A DNA stretch of 53,551 bases from an uncultured Caldilineaceae bacterium. Lineage in GTDB: Bacteria; Chloroflexota; Anaerolineae; 4572-78; J111. This document shows positions 9,849 to 19,693 of the stretch, in pieces. The notes under the pieces are model-generated. The model had not been told where the DNA came from. It did not search any database and was given only the letters and a program-made list of their open reading frames with translations. Position 1 is the first letter of the stretch; every line of letters begins with the position of its first letter. The DNA lies in assembly GCA_964407935.1 (NCBI GenBank), contig CAYOXS010000001.1, positions 15,324 to 68,874 on the forward strand. Direction: 5' to 3'. Made by a program: the position numbers and the translations under genes.

Positions 9849-10304
9849 TTAACTTTGATACCCAAGGTCCCAAACTGATTCCCCCTGTAAAATTGAAATG
9901 ATCTGATTGGGAAATTTATCGGGATCGATGGGTTTGCCCAGAAAACCGTCAAAACCGGCCAGGCGGGCTTTTTCCATAGCCGTGGAGTTGGCGTCGGCGG
10001 TTACGGCCACAATTCTGGTGTTTTCAAAACGGGGGTCATTTTTTAATTTGGCCAACGCATCGTACCCGTCTTCGTAAGGCAGGTGCAGGTCCATGAGCAC
10101 CAGATCAACCCGGGGCATAGTATCGGCAAATTCAACCACCTGCCAGCCCGAGGCTTTCCATTCGTACCGGCGCACGCCGACAAAAGCCAGCAGCCGGGCA
10201 ATTAACACCAGGTTTTGCAGGTTGTCTTCGACAACCAGCACGTAGGCATCTTTGGGATTAACCGGTTCGTAGCGGGTGGACTCCGTGGTCGCTAGCTGGT
10301 TCAT
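9849..10304 (-). CDS. Single-domain response regulator (receiver only)
   Basis: Receiver motifs are VLVVEDN (acidic pocket), LVLMDLHLPYEDG (phospho-Asp), IVAVTAD and FLGKPI. The start overlaps the upstream stop as ATGA (10301-10304). Confidence 0.9.
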   Translation of the reverse strand: MNQLATTESTRYEPVNPKDAYVLVVEDNLQNLVLIARLLAFVGVRRYEWKASGWQVVEFADTMPRVDLVLMDLHLPYEDGYDALAKLKNDPRFENTRIVAVTADANSTAMEKARLAGFDGFLGKPIDPDKFPNQIISILQGESVWDLGYQS

Positions 10305-10681
10305 TGGTAACCACCTTTAATAAAATTCTCTACCTGCACAGGTAGATCATCAACGTCAATGGGTTTGGAAATATAACCGTCGCAGCCGGCCTGAAACACG
10401 TTTTCACGGTCTTTTTTCATGACGTTGGCGGTCATGGCCACAACCGGGATGTGCGCGGTTTTTTTGTTTTTCTTCAGGGCGTCGGTCACCTCGTAGCCGT
10501 CAATATCGGGCAGGTTGATATCGGTAATGATCAAATCCGGCAGCAATTCCTCGGCCTTTGATAAACCTTCTGTGCCGGTGCCGGCGGGGATAACTTCGTA
10601 GCCTTCAATTTCAAGCACGCGTCTGACCAGGGTCATGTTATCAAAATTATCTTCAATATATAAAACTTTGGCCTTGCCCAT
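10301..10681 (-). CDS. Single-domain response regulator (receiver only)
   Basis: Receiver motifs are VLYIEDN, LIITDINLPDIDG, VVAMTAN and YISKPI. I prefer the ATG at 10681 (MGKAKVLYIEDN), which is preceded by AAGGAG, over the track start at 10702. Confidence 0.88.
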   Translation of the reverse strand: MGKAKVLYIEDNFDNMTLVRRVLEIEGYEVIPAGTGTEGLSKAEELLPDLIITDINLPDIDGYEVTDALKKNKKTAHIPVVAMTANVMKKDRENVFQAGCDGYISKPIDVDDLPVQVENFIKGGYQ

Positions 10682-10698
10682 ACAAAAAAGACTCCTTA

Positions 10699-11115
10699 TC
10701 AACCTGGGTGCGCGAGCCGGGAATTGTTACTGGTGGCAAAAAGATTGTAGGTTAAATCGCGCAATTGCGCGGTGGGGAAGGGTTTGGTCAGGTAACCGTC
10801 AACGCTGAGTTCTTTGACTTCCGTTTGCACATCACAAGAACCAAAGGCCGTCATCAAGATGACCTTAATATTGGGCTGGAGTGAGCGGGCAACCTCTACC
10901 AGGGTAAAACCGGTAATATCCGGCATTTTTAAATCGGTAATGAGCAAATCGTAGGTGGTGCTGGTTAACTTGCCCAGGGCATCGTCACCACAAGAAGCGA
11001 CATCGATGATGAAGTTGCGGCCGCTCTCTTGCAGCGATTGCTGCAAAAAAAAGATTAACGTGGCCTCGTCATCAACAATTAATATGCGCCTGGGAAAAGT
11101 ACCATAATCTGGCAT
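10699..11115 (-). CDS. Single-domain response regulator (receiver only)
   Basis: Receiver motifs are ILIVDDE, LLITDLKMPDITG, VILMTAFG and YLTKPF. I prefer the ATG at 11115 (MPDYGTFPRRILIVDD), which is preceded by AAGGAG, over the track start at 11169. Confidence 0.85.
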   Translation of the reverse strand: MPDYGTFPRRILIVDDEATLIFFLQQSLQESGRNFIIDVASCGDDALGKLTSTTYDLLITDLKMPDITGFTLVEVARSLQPNIKVILMTAFGSCDVQTEVKELSVDGYLTKPFPTAQLRDLTYNLFATSNNSRLAHPG

Positions 11116-11207
11116 AAGAGCTTGCTCCTTATTGTTAAAGACCATACTAACGCTCTTAATATAACACAAAATTAAAGCCAGGCGACGTTACAGGATTGTT
11201 ACAATTG

Positions 11208-11915
11208 TTAACGTGTGCTCATTAAATAACGGCCGCCGGCAACGGTGGTAACGTATTTGGGCGCGGCCGGATCCGGTTCCAGTTTGTGGCGCAGCCGATG
11301 AATATGCACCCGGGCAATGGCCCGCGCGTCAGTTTCGTTGGCCTCGTAGCCGCGCACCAGCCGCACCAGCGTCATCGCGTCGATGGCCTGATTGGCGTAG
11401 GACATAAGCGTGGTCAAAATATCAAATTCGGTGGGGGTCAGCTCGATGCGCTCCCCCGCCCGCAGCACCTGCCGCGAGGCCCGGTTTAATTGAATGTCCT
11501 GCACTTCCAGCACCTCACCGGTGTCCGCCGAGCGCGGTGGGGGCGCGGCGGCGCGCCGGGCAATGCCGTCGGCCACGCTGGCCAGCAGTTCTTCGGTGTT
11601 GTACGGTTTGGTCAGATAATCGTGCGCGCCCTGACGCAGCGCCTCAATGGCGGAATCAACGGTGGCGTAGGCGGTTAAAATGATCACGCTGGTATCGGGC
11701 GTGGTTTTGCGCAAATGGCGCATTATTTCCAGCCCGTTCATATCGGCCAGTTGCAAATCCAGCAGCGCCACTTCAAAGGTGTTGTGGGCAATCAATCGCA
11801 GCGCCGTTTGGCCGTTGGCGGCTTCAGATACGTGATAACCTTTGTCTTCAAGGTGCAGCCGCAAAAAGTAACGCAGCGTATCTTCGTCGTCTACCACCAA
11901 AATTTTGTGTGTCAC
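11208..11915 (-). CDS. OmpR/PhoB-family response regulator (receiver plus winged-helix DNA-binding domain)
   Basis: The receiver shows ILVVDDEDT, ALLDLQLADMNG and YLTKPY. The C-terminal winged helix shows LTPTEFDILTTLM...RVHIHRLRHKLE. The likely start is the GTG at 11915 (VTHKILVVDD), preceded by GGAG and overlapping the kinase stop as GTGA. Confidence 0.9.
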   Translation of the reverse strand: MTHKILVVDDEDTLRYFLRLHLEDKGYHVSEAANGQTALRLIAHNTFEVALLDLQLADMNGLEIMRHLRKTTPDTSVIILTAYATVDSAIEALRQGAHDYLTKPYNTEELLASVADGIARRAAAPPPRSADTGEVLEVQDIQLNRASRQVLRAGERIELTPTEFDILTTLMSYANQAIDAMTLVRLVRGYEANETDARAIARVHIHRLRHKLEPDPAAPKYVTTVAGGRYLMSTR

Positions 11916-13801
11916 AGTTGTCTCTGCTCCCCAACAGGCAGTGATAAAGTAAAGCACGCGCCGCGCCCGGCCTCACTGGCAACGGTGATGTCGCCGCCGT
12001 GTTCCTCAATGATGCGCCGGGCCACGCTCAACCCCAACCCTGTTCCCTTGGTTTTGGTTGTGTAAAAGGGGTCAAAGATTCTGGGCTGGGTATCCGGGTC
12101 AATGCCCGGCCCGGTATCCGACACCCTGATAATGACCGCCGGCCGGGTGGCGTCGATGGCGGCAGAAATGGTGATGGTTCCCCCCTGCGGCAAAGCCTGG
12201 GTAGCGTTGATGACTAAATTGGTTAACACCTGTTCCAGCCGTTCGTTATCTACCCACAGGTTGGGCAACTGCTCGTCAATATTGATGACCAAAGCAGCGC
12301 CGCTGGCTTCAATTTGCGGCTGGCAGCGATGCTGAACCATGCGCACAATCGGCGGCAGCGGCTGCGCGGTTTTGTTCAATTGCAGCGGCCGGGCCACAAA
12401 CAAAATATCTTCCAAAATACGGTTGACCCGTTTGACCTCATTTTGGATCATCGCCGCGCCCTGCGCTTCGGCGGTGCCGGGCAGGGCGTTGCGGGTGAGA
12501 TAATCCACTCCGGCGGCGATGCCGGCCACCGGGTTGCGGATTTCGTGGGCCACCACTGCCGACATTTCGCCCAGCGCGGCCAGCCGGTCCAACCGGCGGT
12601 GTTCGGCTTCAAGAGCCTTGATCTCGCTCAAATCCTCAATAACGCCCACCGCGCCGTTTTCCTGGCCCAGTAAAGCCGTGCTGATAGAAATTGCCAGCGA
12701 GTGGCCGTTGCGGTGCGCCGCCAAAATTTCGGTTCTGGGTACGGCCTGCCCGCTGGCCAGGGTGGCGTTGAACACGCCGGCCAACTGTTCCGCCGCCGGG
12801 ATGGCCTGAGCCAGCGGCCGGTTGAGCGCCTGCTCAATGGGGCAGCCGAGCATGGCCGCCGCCGCCGGATTAAAGGCGGTGATTACCCCGGCCCGGTCAA
12901 TGGCGATCAGGCCGTTGGTCATATTTTTAATAATGTCTTCGTTAAATGCCCGCAGGTTTTCAGCCTGCTGGAAAAGCTGGCTGTTTTCAATGATTATGGC
13001 CAACTGGCCGGCCATCACCGTGAGCAAATCCAGGCTGATCTGCCCAAACGGGGCGCTGCCGGCTTCGGCGGTGAGAATCCCGGCCAACTGGCCTTTGATG
13101 AGCAGCGGCAGGGCCGCGCCAACAATGTTCACCCTGCCGGCGGCAGCGCTGATTAATTCGCCGCTGCCCAACACCCACACCGGCTGCCCGGACTCGGTAA
13201 CGGCCGTGAGCGCGGCCACCGGCAGCGTTGAGGCCGGGGCAACAGCCGGCACCACCGTTACCTCGGCGTTGCTCTGCGTGTTGAGCCAGGCCAGCCGCGC
13301 CGCGCCAAGCTGGGTGCAGGCGGTTTCCAGCACGCGCTGCACCAGCGACACCTCGCCGCCGGTAATTTGCAACATTTTGTTGATTTCCAGCAGCGGCAGC
13401 AGCGTTTGCAGCCGCAGGCTGTCGCGCAGCAGGTTGCGTTTGGCCAGGCTGGTTTCGATGGTTTGCACCAACTCTTTTGGCTCAAACGGTTTCATTAAAA
13501 AATCCTGCGCTCCCAGCCGGATAGCCCGAATGGCGTCTTCCATTGTGCCGTAACCGGTAATTAAAACCACGGTGATGTGCGGGTCAATTTCTTTGGCTAT
13601 TTTCAGCAGCTCCAGCCCGTCAATCCGCGGCATTTTAATATCGGTCAGCAGCAGATCGAATGTTTCCTGCCGGAGCACGTTGGGCACGGCGGTGCTATCG
13701 GTAATGCCGGTTACCACAAAATTGTTGCGTTTTAAAATGCGCTCGCACGAGTGCATCACCGCCGGTTCATCATCGACAACTAAAATTCGTTCGCTTGCCA
13801 C
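11912..13801 (-). CDS. Sensor histidine kinase with N-terminal receiver: REC, GAF-like region, PAS, HisKA, HATPase
   Basis: The receiver shows [21 protein letters not shown] and FLMKPF. The PAS shows MTNGLIAIDRAGVITAFNPAAAAMLG. The H-box is VAHEIRNPVAGI and the ATPase region is DTGPGI...GTGLGLSVARRIIEEHGG. GTG start at 13801. Confidence 0.9.
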   Translation of the reverse strand: MASERILVVDDEPAVMHSCERILKRNNFVVTGITDSTAVPNVLRQETFDLLLTDIKMPRIDGLELLKIAKEIDPHITVVLITGYGTMEDAIRAIRLGAQDFLMKPFEPKELVQTIETSLAKRNLLRDSLRLQTLLPLLEINKMLQITGGEVSLVQRVLETACTQLGAARLAWLNTQSNAEVTVVPAVAPASTLPVAALTAVTESGQPVWVLGSGELISAAAGRVNIVGAALPLLIKGQLAGILTAEAGSAPFGQISLDLLTVMAGQLAIIIENSQLFQQAENLRAFNEDIIKNMTNGLIAIDRAGVITAFNPAAAAMLGCPIEQALNRPLAQAIPAAEQLAGVFNATLASGQAVPRTEILAAHRNGHSLAISISTALLGQENGAVGVIEDLSEIKALEAEHRRLDRLAALGEMSAVVAHEIRNPVAGIAAGVDYLTRNALPGTAEAQGAAMIQNEVKRVNRILEDILFVARPLQLNKTAQPLPPIVRMVQHRCQPQIEASGAALVINIDEQLPNLWVDNERLEQVLTNLVINATQALPQGGTITISAAIDATRPAVIIRVSDTGPGIDPDTQPRIFDPFYTTKTKGTGLGLSVARRIIEEHGGDITVASEAGRGACFTLSLPVGEQRQL

Positions 13802-16503
13802 AGTGAGTCTTCCTGTTGAGATTGGTCAGAAACCGGTTCTACCGGTAGGGTAACGGTAAATGAAGTGCCCTGGCCAGGCGTGCTATCGACGGTAATGGTG
13901 CCGCCGTGCTGCTCGATAATGCTGTAACTGATCGAAAGCCCCAGGCCGGTGCCCTGGCCTACTTCTTTGGTGGTGAAAAAGGGATCGAAAATTTTATCCA
14001 GATGTTCCGGGGCAATACCGGGGCCGGTATCGCTGACGGTGAGGGTGATGGTGGGCGGCTGGCTGTTGGGGTTGGCGCGGGTGGCAATTATCAGCTTGGC
14101 GGGCCGACCCTGATTGTTGTCCTCTAGCATGGCCTGAACCCCGTTATTTAGCAAATTGACCACAATCTGTTTAACCTGGTTGATGTCCAGATAGAGCGGC
14201 GGCAGTTCGGACAACGATTTTTCCAGATCGATTTTGTAGCTGACGCTTTTGGTGTACACCAAAAAAATGGCATCTTCAATGAGCTGGTTCATGTCGGCGG
14301 CCTGCCGCTTGGGCGAGCCGGTGCGGGCAAAATCCAGCAGGCCGCGCACAATATCGCGGGCGCGCTGGGCTTCGCGGTTAACCATGTCCAGGTCATCGCG
14401 GGCCTCGCCGTCGATGGTGGTGCCCGGCGGGCTTTCCAGCAGCAGGCTGGTTAGCCCCAAAATGCTGGTGAGCGGGTTGTTGATTTCGTGAGCGATGCCC
14501 GCCGCCAGTTCGCCTACGGCGGCCAGCTTGGCGCTCTGCACCAGTTGCGATTGGGTTTGGGCCAGCCGTTCGATGGTTTTGGTTTTTTCGGCGTACAACT
14601 GCGCGTTTTCTATGGCCGTGGCTGCCGGAGCCGCCAGCGCTTGCAGCAGTTCCTGATCGTCCTGGTTAAATATGCCGTCCCCTTTGTTCATCACCTCAAT
14701 CGCGCCGATGGTGTGGCCCTTGGTTTGCAGCGGCACGCACAAAATTGAGCGGGTGGTAAAGCCGCTGTGCTCATCGATGCCGGGGAAAAAGCGCTGGTCG
14801 GTGTAAACATCCGGCACAATTACCGGCTGGCCGTGTTCGGTAACCCAACCGGCCACGCCCCGGCCGCGAGCCATGCGCACCCCAATCACCGAATGGGCGC
14901 CTTTGCCGGAGGCCGCGGCAAACCACACATCCTGGCGCTGTTCATCCAGCAGCGCCACCGACGCGGCGGCCACGTTCATAATCTGGATGGCCTGGCTGGT
15001 AATGAGCGTGAGTATTTCCTGCAAATCCAGGCTGGAGGTGATGGCCTGGCCAATGTCGTTGAGCGTTTTCAATTCCTGCACCCGCCGGTGAATGGCATCG
15101 TACAGGCGGGCGTTTTCTATGGCAATGGCCAGTTGATCGGCCAATGTTTCCAGCGCCGCCACGTGATACCGCTCAAAGGCATCGAGCTGAGTGCTTTGCA
15201 AATCCAGCACGCCGATGGGTTTAGTGCCCATCACAATGGGTACGCACAGTTCGGAGCGGATGGCCTGCTGGCCGCCGGCCGGAATATAGCGCGATTCCTG
15301 CAATACATCGTTGGCCACAACTGTTTTGCGCGTGGCCGCCGCCCAGCCAACCAGCCCCTGTTCCATGCGGTAGGTGGGAATGTAATCTTCCGCGCCGGCG
15401 ACGGGCTGGCTCATTGACGATTTGGCGTGCAGTTCAACCAAATCTGCGGCGGGACTAACCAGATAAATGGCCGCGCTGTAAAACGTAAAACTGCGCCGAA
15501 TGGCCTGCACCACAGTGCGGAGCATCGCATCCAGGCTGAGAATAGAGGTGGCGGCCTGGCTCACTTCATTAATGAGCGCCAATTGCACCGAGCGCTGCAT
15601 TTGGTTTTTAAAGAGGATGGCGTTTTCAAGGGCCATGCCAATTTGGGCGGCGGCGGCCTCAAGCAGGGGCAGTTGGTCGGCGGTGAAATGGCCGGGCGTG
15701 TTGTGCCCCAGCAGATAGACGGCGCTGGCGTTGACCCGGCCCAAAAACAGCGGCAGCGCGACCACGGCATGGTCGGCGGCGGGCAGGTAGGGAGCGTGCA
15801 GCCAGCGCGAATCCTGCCGGGTGCTGCCGATGATGGCGGTTTGTCGCTGCCGCAGCACCCAGCCCTCCAATCCATTGGCTACCAGTCGCTGGGCAAATTT
15901 GCGGCCAACCGTGCGGTTCAATTCTTCCCGGCCCGGCTGCGTAGAGCGATAGTACATTACCTGCTCATCTTCCAGCACCAGCAGCGCGGCAAACGAGGCG
16001 TTCAGGTAGGGGGCCAGTTCCAGCACCCGTTCAAACAGGTCGTTGATATCCAGTTGGCCGCTCAGAAACTGGGTGATGCCAAACAACAGCGGCAAATGGT
16101 CAAGTTTTTGCGGTTCAATGTCAAAATCAGGTGAGCGGTGCGGAAAGTGGCGGCCAAGCTGGCTCAGCACATCATCCGGGCTGCGGTCAAGATGATGCAG
16201 CGAAATGTGGCGCGCCCGCAGCCAGGGCGGGAGTTCGTCTTTGGGGTTGGCGGAAAACACCAAAATTGTGGGCACGCGCACGTACTGGCCAGATCGAGGC
16301 TGGCGGGCCGTGGCAATATCCAGCAGCAGAATGTTGACCCCGGCCAGTTCCGAGACAAGGTCGGCATCCTGGCCCAGCAAAACGGTGAGGTAGCCTTGTT
16401 CCTGCAGGGTGGGGCGCAGCGCGGCCAGCCGGTCCCCGTCAATTAACGCGATGCGGATAGAGTGTTGGGCGAGCTTCACAAATTGCTGATCCTGCACTCT
16501 CAT
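13780..16503 (-). CDS. Sensor histidine kinase: REC-like N-terminus, about 3 GAF domains, HisKA, HATPase
   Basis: 907-aa ORF. The N-terminus is receiver-like (IALIDGD...ILLLDIA). GAF modules end in [14 protein letters not shown] and [13 protein letters not shown]. The H-box is [14 protein letters not shown] and the ATPase region is DTGPGI...[18 protein letters not shown]. It overlaps the next gene by 22 nt. Confidence 0.9.
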   Translation of the reverse strand: MRVQDQQFVKLAQHSIRIALIDGDRLAALRPTLQEQGYLTVLLGQDADLVSELAGVNILLLDIATARQPRSGQYVRVPTILVFSANPKDELPPWLRARHISLHHLDRSPDDVLSQLGRHFPHRSPDFDIEPQKLDHLPLLFGITQFLSGQLDINDLFERVLELAPYLNASFAALLVLEDEQVMYYRSTQPGREELNRTVGRKFAQRLVANGLEGWVLRQRQTAIIGSTRQDSRWLHAPYLPAADHAVVALPLFLGRVNASAVYLLGHNTPGHFTADQLPLLEAAAAQIGMALENAILFKNQMQRSVQLALINEVSQAATSILSLDAMLRTVVQAIRRSFTFYSAAIYLVSPAADLVELHAKSSMSQPVAGAEDYIPTYRMEQGLVGWAAATRKTVVANDVLQESRYIPAGGQQAIRSELCVPIVMGTKPIGVLDLQSTQLDAFERYHVAALETLADQLAIAIENARLYDAIHRRVQELKTLNDIGQAITSSLDLQEILTLITSQAIQIMNVAAASVALLDEQRQDVWFAAASGKGAHSVIGVRMARGRGVAGWVTEHGQPVIVPDVYTDQRFFPGIDEHSGFTTRSILCVPLQTKGHTIGAIEVMNKGDGIFNQDDQELLQALAAPAATAIENAQLYAEKTKTIERLAQTQSQLVQSAKLAAVGELAAGIAHEINNPLTSILGLTSLLLESPPGTTIDGEARDDLDMVNREAQRARDIVRGLLDFARTGSPKRQAADMNQLIEDAIFLVYTKSVSYKIDLEKSLSELPPLYLDINQVKQIVVNLLNNGVQAMLEDNNQGRPAKLIIATRANPNSQPPTITLTVSDTGPGIAPEHLDKIFDPFFTTKEVGQGTGLGLSISYSIIEQHGGTITVDSTPGQGTSFTVTLPVEPVSDQSQQEDSLWQANEF

Positions 16504-16543
16504 GGTTGTAAACGTGCCTTAACGAATTTAACATTTGACCCGT

Positions 16544-16571
16544 ACAGTATAACACGACCCCAAACGGGTCG
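16544..16571 (-). terminator. Possible weak terminator hairpin after the MFS gene
   Basis: Stem CGACCC (16555-16560) pairs with GGGTCG (16566-16571). On the minus strand it is followed by the moderately U-rich tgttatactgt. It lies between the MFS stop (16588) and the kinase start (16503). Confidence 0.3.
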
Positions 16572-16587
16572 CAACAGGATTTTGTGG

Positions 16588-17847
16588 CTACGCGGCAGGC
16601 TGCGACTTGAGGTGATAAACCGTGTGAACCAGCCAGATAACCGCCGTTACGGCACTGACCAGGCCCATTGTCAGGGCTATTTGATGGGGACTCCAGCCCA
16701 GGTTGTCGCTGGCCCAACCGGCCCACAATGTCGATGTTGCCGAGGCCAGAGTCATCATGGCCATATCAAAGGCGAAAACCCGGCCCAGGTAGCTGGGCGG
16801 CACTGTGAGTTGCAGCAGCGATGAGGCGTACACCCAGTTAATGCCGGTGCCGATGGTGCGAATAAACGTGGCCAGCAGTACAATGGGCAGCGACGCGCCC
16901 CAGCCCAGCAGTAGATAGCCGGCCAGCATCGCCAGATAGCCCACAAAAATGGCCCAATACATCGGCGATTTTTCGTCGCCGGTAATGCGGCGGGCCACCA
17001 CCGGGCCAAGCCCAGTGCCCAACCCCACCGCCAGATAGATTAGCCCCAGCGTGGCCGAGGCGTCGCGCCCCAGCGGAAATATCTGTTCCGCAAAGGTCAC
17101 CTGCACAATTTCAATCCCGCCAAAGGCCAGCGCCGAGGACGCTTTTAGCAGCGCTACCATCAGCGTGCCCGGCCGGTCCCACAGATAGCGCAGCCCGTCC
17201 ACAAACATGCCCCAGCCGGCACTGGCCGGCTGGTCGCCGGTATCGATAAGGCTGGCCCGGTCGCTGAGGCGGGTAATAAACCAGGCCGACAGCAGGAACG
17301 TGGCCGAGTCGATGACAAAGGCGCTGGTGATGCCCAGTGCCGCCGTCGCCAGCCCACCCAGCGCCGCGCCGAGCGCCAGCATGGTGCTCCAGGTAACGCT
17401 GGCCAGTGCGTTGGCCGTAACCAGATTCCGGTAATCGACAATGCCGGGCAGAATGGCGGCCCGGGTTGGCTCAAAAAAGGCGCTGATGCTCAACTGCAAC
17501 ACGGTGAGCACGTACAGCAGCCACACATTTTGCGGGGTGCGCACCAGCAAAAAACCGAGCACAATCACGGCCCGCAGCAGGTCGCTGGTAATCAAAATTT
17601 TGCGCCGGTCAAAACGGTCGGCCACCACACCGACCACCGGTCCAAGCAAAAAAGGCGGCAGCAGCCGGGCAATAAACAGGCCGCCAATGGCTAGCCCCGA
17701 GCCGGATAACTGGGCCACCAGTGCCGCCGAGGCGATCAGGTTGAACCAATCGCCCAACTGGCTGATAATCTGGCTGAACCACAGCCGCCGGAAATCGTGA
17801 TTGTGTTTGACCAGGGAGATGTAACTCTGCAACAGGGGCAGGCGCAT
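16588..17847 (-). CDS. MFS transporter
   Basis: The protein is multi-spanning and hydrophobic, with an MFS loop motif (ADRFDRRKIL). I prefer the ATG at 17847 (MRLPLLQSYISLVKHNHDFRRLWFSQ); the 57 codons of track extension up to 18018 are hydrophilic junk. Confidence 0.85.
   Translation of the reverse strand: MRLPLLQSYISLVKHNHDFRRLWFSQIISQLGDWFNLIASAALVAQLSGSGLAIGGLFIARLLPPFLLGPVVGVVADRFDRRKILITSDLLRAVIVLGFLLVRTPQNVWLLYVLTVLQLSISAFFEPTRAAILPGIVDYRNLVTANALASVTWSTMLALGAALGGLATAALGITSAFVIDSATFLLSAWFITRLSDRASLIDTGDQPASAGWGMFVDGLRYLWDRPGTLMVALLKASSALAFGGIEIVQVTFAEQIFPLGRDASATLGLIYLAVGLGTGLGPVVARRITGDEKSPMYWAIFVGYLAMLAGYLLLGWGASLPIVLLATFIRTIGTGINWVYASSLLQLTVPPSYLGRVFAFDMAMMTLASATSTLWAGWASDNLGWSPHQIALTMGLVSAVTAVIWLVHTVYHLKSQPAA
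17759..17811. repeat. Left copy of a 53-bp direct repeat (partner at 46064-46116)
   Basis: tggctgataatctggctgaaccacagccgccggaaatcgtgattgtgtttgac matches 46064-46116 at 52 of 53 positions by my alignment (mismatch 17803 g versus 46108 c). Confidence 0.85.
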
Positions 17848-18899
17848 AAAGGGTCCTCGTGTAAAATGAATATTACGAATTGAACTGTTTGAACTGTCAA
17901 ACACCTTTTGAGTACTATCTACCGTACTATTTGCAGCGTAGCACATGGCCCAACCGGGAGATTTTTTATTGCTGTCACATTTCGGCTGGTCCGACCCACC
18001 CGAGTAACTTGTCGGCATTGAGTTGGGCCGCTACCCCAGGCCGCCCTCTGGTAATTAACTCTGCCGCGATGAGTGTCTCATTTAACCGCCAGAAAAATTG
18101 ATAGCTGATCAACCGCTTATCCGGGGTCGTTGCCCCGTATTTGGTTTTGACCAATTTCCAAGTTGGCTTCACCAGAAAAACGCAACCTTGCTGAGTTTGT
18201 ACGTGGTGCAGCACCAGTGCCACCCATTTTTGTAGTGACTCCATGTCGGTGGCCCGCCACAGACCATAAACTCGCCCAGTTTGTCATCCGTCCCCCCCTC
18301 GAATTTTGACAATTCTAGCTGAATTTCAGGCCATTAACAAGACTTTGCATGACTGCTGGCCCCGGTCACAATCACCCTGAAGAATCATTGATTTTCTTCC
18401 AAGCCGGTTTATGCTACATTCAAATTCTTTTCCCCAGAGGTTGCTATGCGCCAAGCGATACCCTATTTACTTTGCGAGGTTGCTGTCTCAGTTCAACATT
18501 ACGCCCAAAATGTTGATCGTTTTCCTCGGTTACCCGCCTGAGTATCGCCCTGTTGTGCCTGCTGCCGATATTAGTGCCGTTGTGGGTACTAATGTTGTCC
18601 TGGCTGTTTCCCTCCGGCAATTACCGCCCGAAAGCAATCATGCCGATAACCTGGAAAGGTGGACCGCCGATGAACAGAGGCGACTTAGATTGTCACGCGA
18701 CTGGCGGGCGATTTTAGTAGCCCGGCGTGAACGTCACCCGCAATTGGCCGAGAATGAACGGCAGGAAAATTGGATTATTGTTCGACGCAATTACCGCCCT
18801 CAAATGGCGTACCGTTATTAACTTGGACCAAAAGCCAAAGGAAGGGTGGGAGATTGTCGAGCAGGGACTGATCGGCTCTGAGAAGAAGGGGGTAGATCA

Positions 18900-19095
18900 A
18901 TGATCGAAGGGCAAACTGCGCTCAAACGAGCCGAGGATACGCTGATCCGCTACCCCCGTTTTCGAGAACTGCACCAAGATATCAAGGAATGCCAGGAATT
19001 ATCCAAAATTGCCGGCGAACCTCAGTATATATCACTGAAAGGACCAACCGGAGCGGGTAAGACAACCCTGATCAAGGATTACGCCCGGCAATTCC
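18900..19095 (+). pseudogene. TniB/TnsC-like AAA+ transposition ATPase, N-terminal fragment only
   Basis: IRYPRFRELHQDIKECQELSKIAGEPQYISLKGPTGAGKTTLIKDYARQFP matches the usual TniB N-terminus plus Walker A. Similarity stops near 19095, where the ORF runs into the antisense strand of the RraA-like fragment. Confidence 0.5.
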
Positions 19096-19678
19096 CACTC
19101 GGCTATCTGAGCCTGGATAGCGACCACGCCCTCGCCATCACCCACAATAAGGTCACCTGGCATGACTAAAATCCCGGCGCAGCCAATGGGTACGTTCATC
19201 TCAAAGGGGTGGTGGGTGACAAATGAGGTTGTGGCGTGTGAAGATTTAATATAGGTAGGGAGATCCAATCCCTTAAAGCTGGGCGTGTCACGCAACCCAC
19301 CGTCTGTAACCACTCCGGCTGCGCCGCGCACCATAATACGGGTCCCCAAAATGTGGCCGAATGTTGCCGCCCGCACATCACCGCGAGCATCAATCACCAA
19401 CACGTCATCTCTTTCAATGGACTTCACGGCCAGCCGCTGCAGAGTCACGTCGTTGTCGTAATTTTATCGGCCAGGTCTTCACGAGCGGGGACGTAGCGCA
19501 GCGCAAGGGTGTAACCAATCATACGTTTGTTAGGGTGCAGGGGGTGTAGTCCCTGCAAGAAGATATTTTGGAAACCACGGTTGAGCAGTTGTGTCGTCAG
19601 CGTAGCCGTGGAAACCGAGCGCAGTTTTTAAAAAGCCTCTGCGCTCAGTTGTATAGTTCAGTTGGATAATTTTGTCAT
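19095..19678 (-). pseudogene. RraA-like / HMG-aldolase-like gene, decayed
   Basis: From the ATG at 19678 the frame reads MTKLSN*TIQLSAEAF*KLRSVSTATLTTQLLNRGF...RMIGYTLALRYVPARED, with two in-frame stops. After a frameshift near 19455-19475 it continues as VTLQRLAVKSIERDDVLVIDARGD...GVVTDGGLRD...PGDLIVGDGEGVVAI. The C-terminus is lost at about 19095. Confidence 0.65.
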
Positions 19679-19693
19679 TAGCTGCTGACCTTT

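Noticed and set aside
17848-18018. 57-codon N-terminal extension of the MFS ORF in the track
   Set aside because: The extension is hydrophilic and unlike an MFS protein. The internal ATG at 17847 gives the conserved N-terminus, which is also seen in the stranded copy at 46150.
17975-18244. 89-aa minus-strand ORF (MESLQKWVALVLHHVQ...), considered as a transposase fragment
   Set aside because: I could not match it to any family from memory, and no start context or partner features are visible. It is left unannotated.
18411-18821. 136-aa plus-strand ORF upstream of the TniB-like fragment, considered as a TniA/TnsB tail or TniQ
   Set aside because: No diagnostic motif was found. Position next to the TniB fragment alone is not enough to call it.
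18411-19095. Possibility of a CRISPR-associated or otherwise active Tn7-like transposon
   Set aside because: Only about 65 N-terminal codons of a TniB-like gene survive. There is no TnsB, TniQ, cas gene or CRISPR array anywhere in the window.
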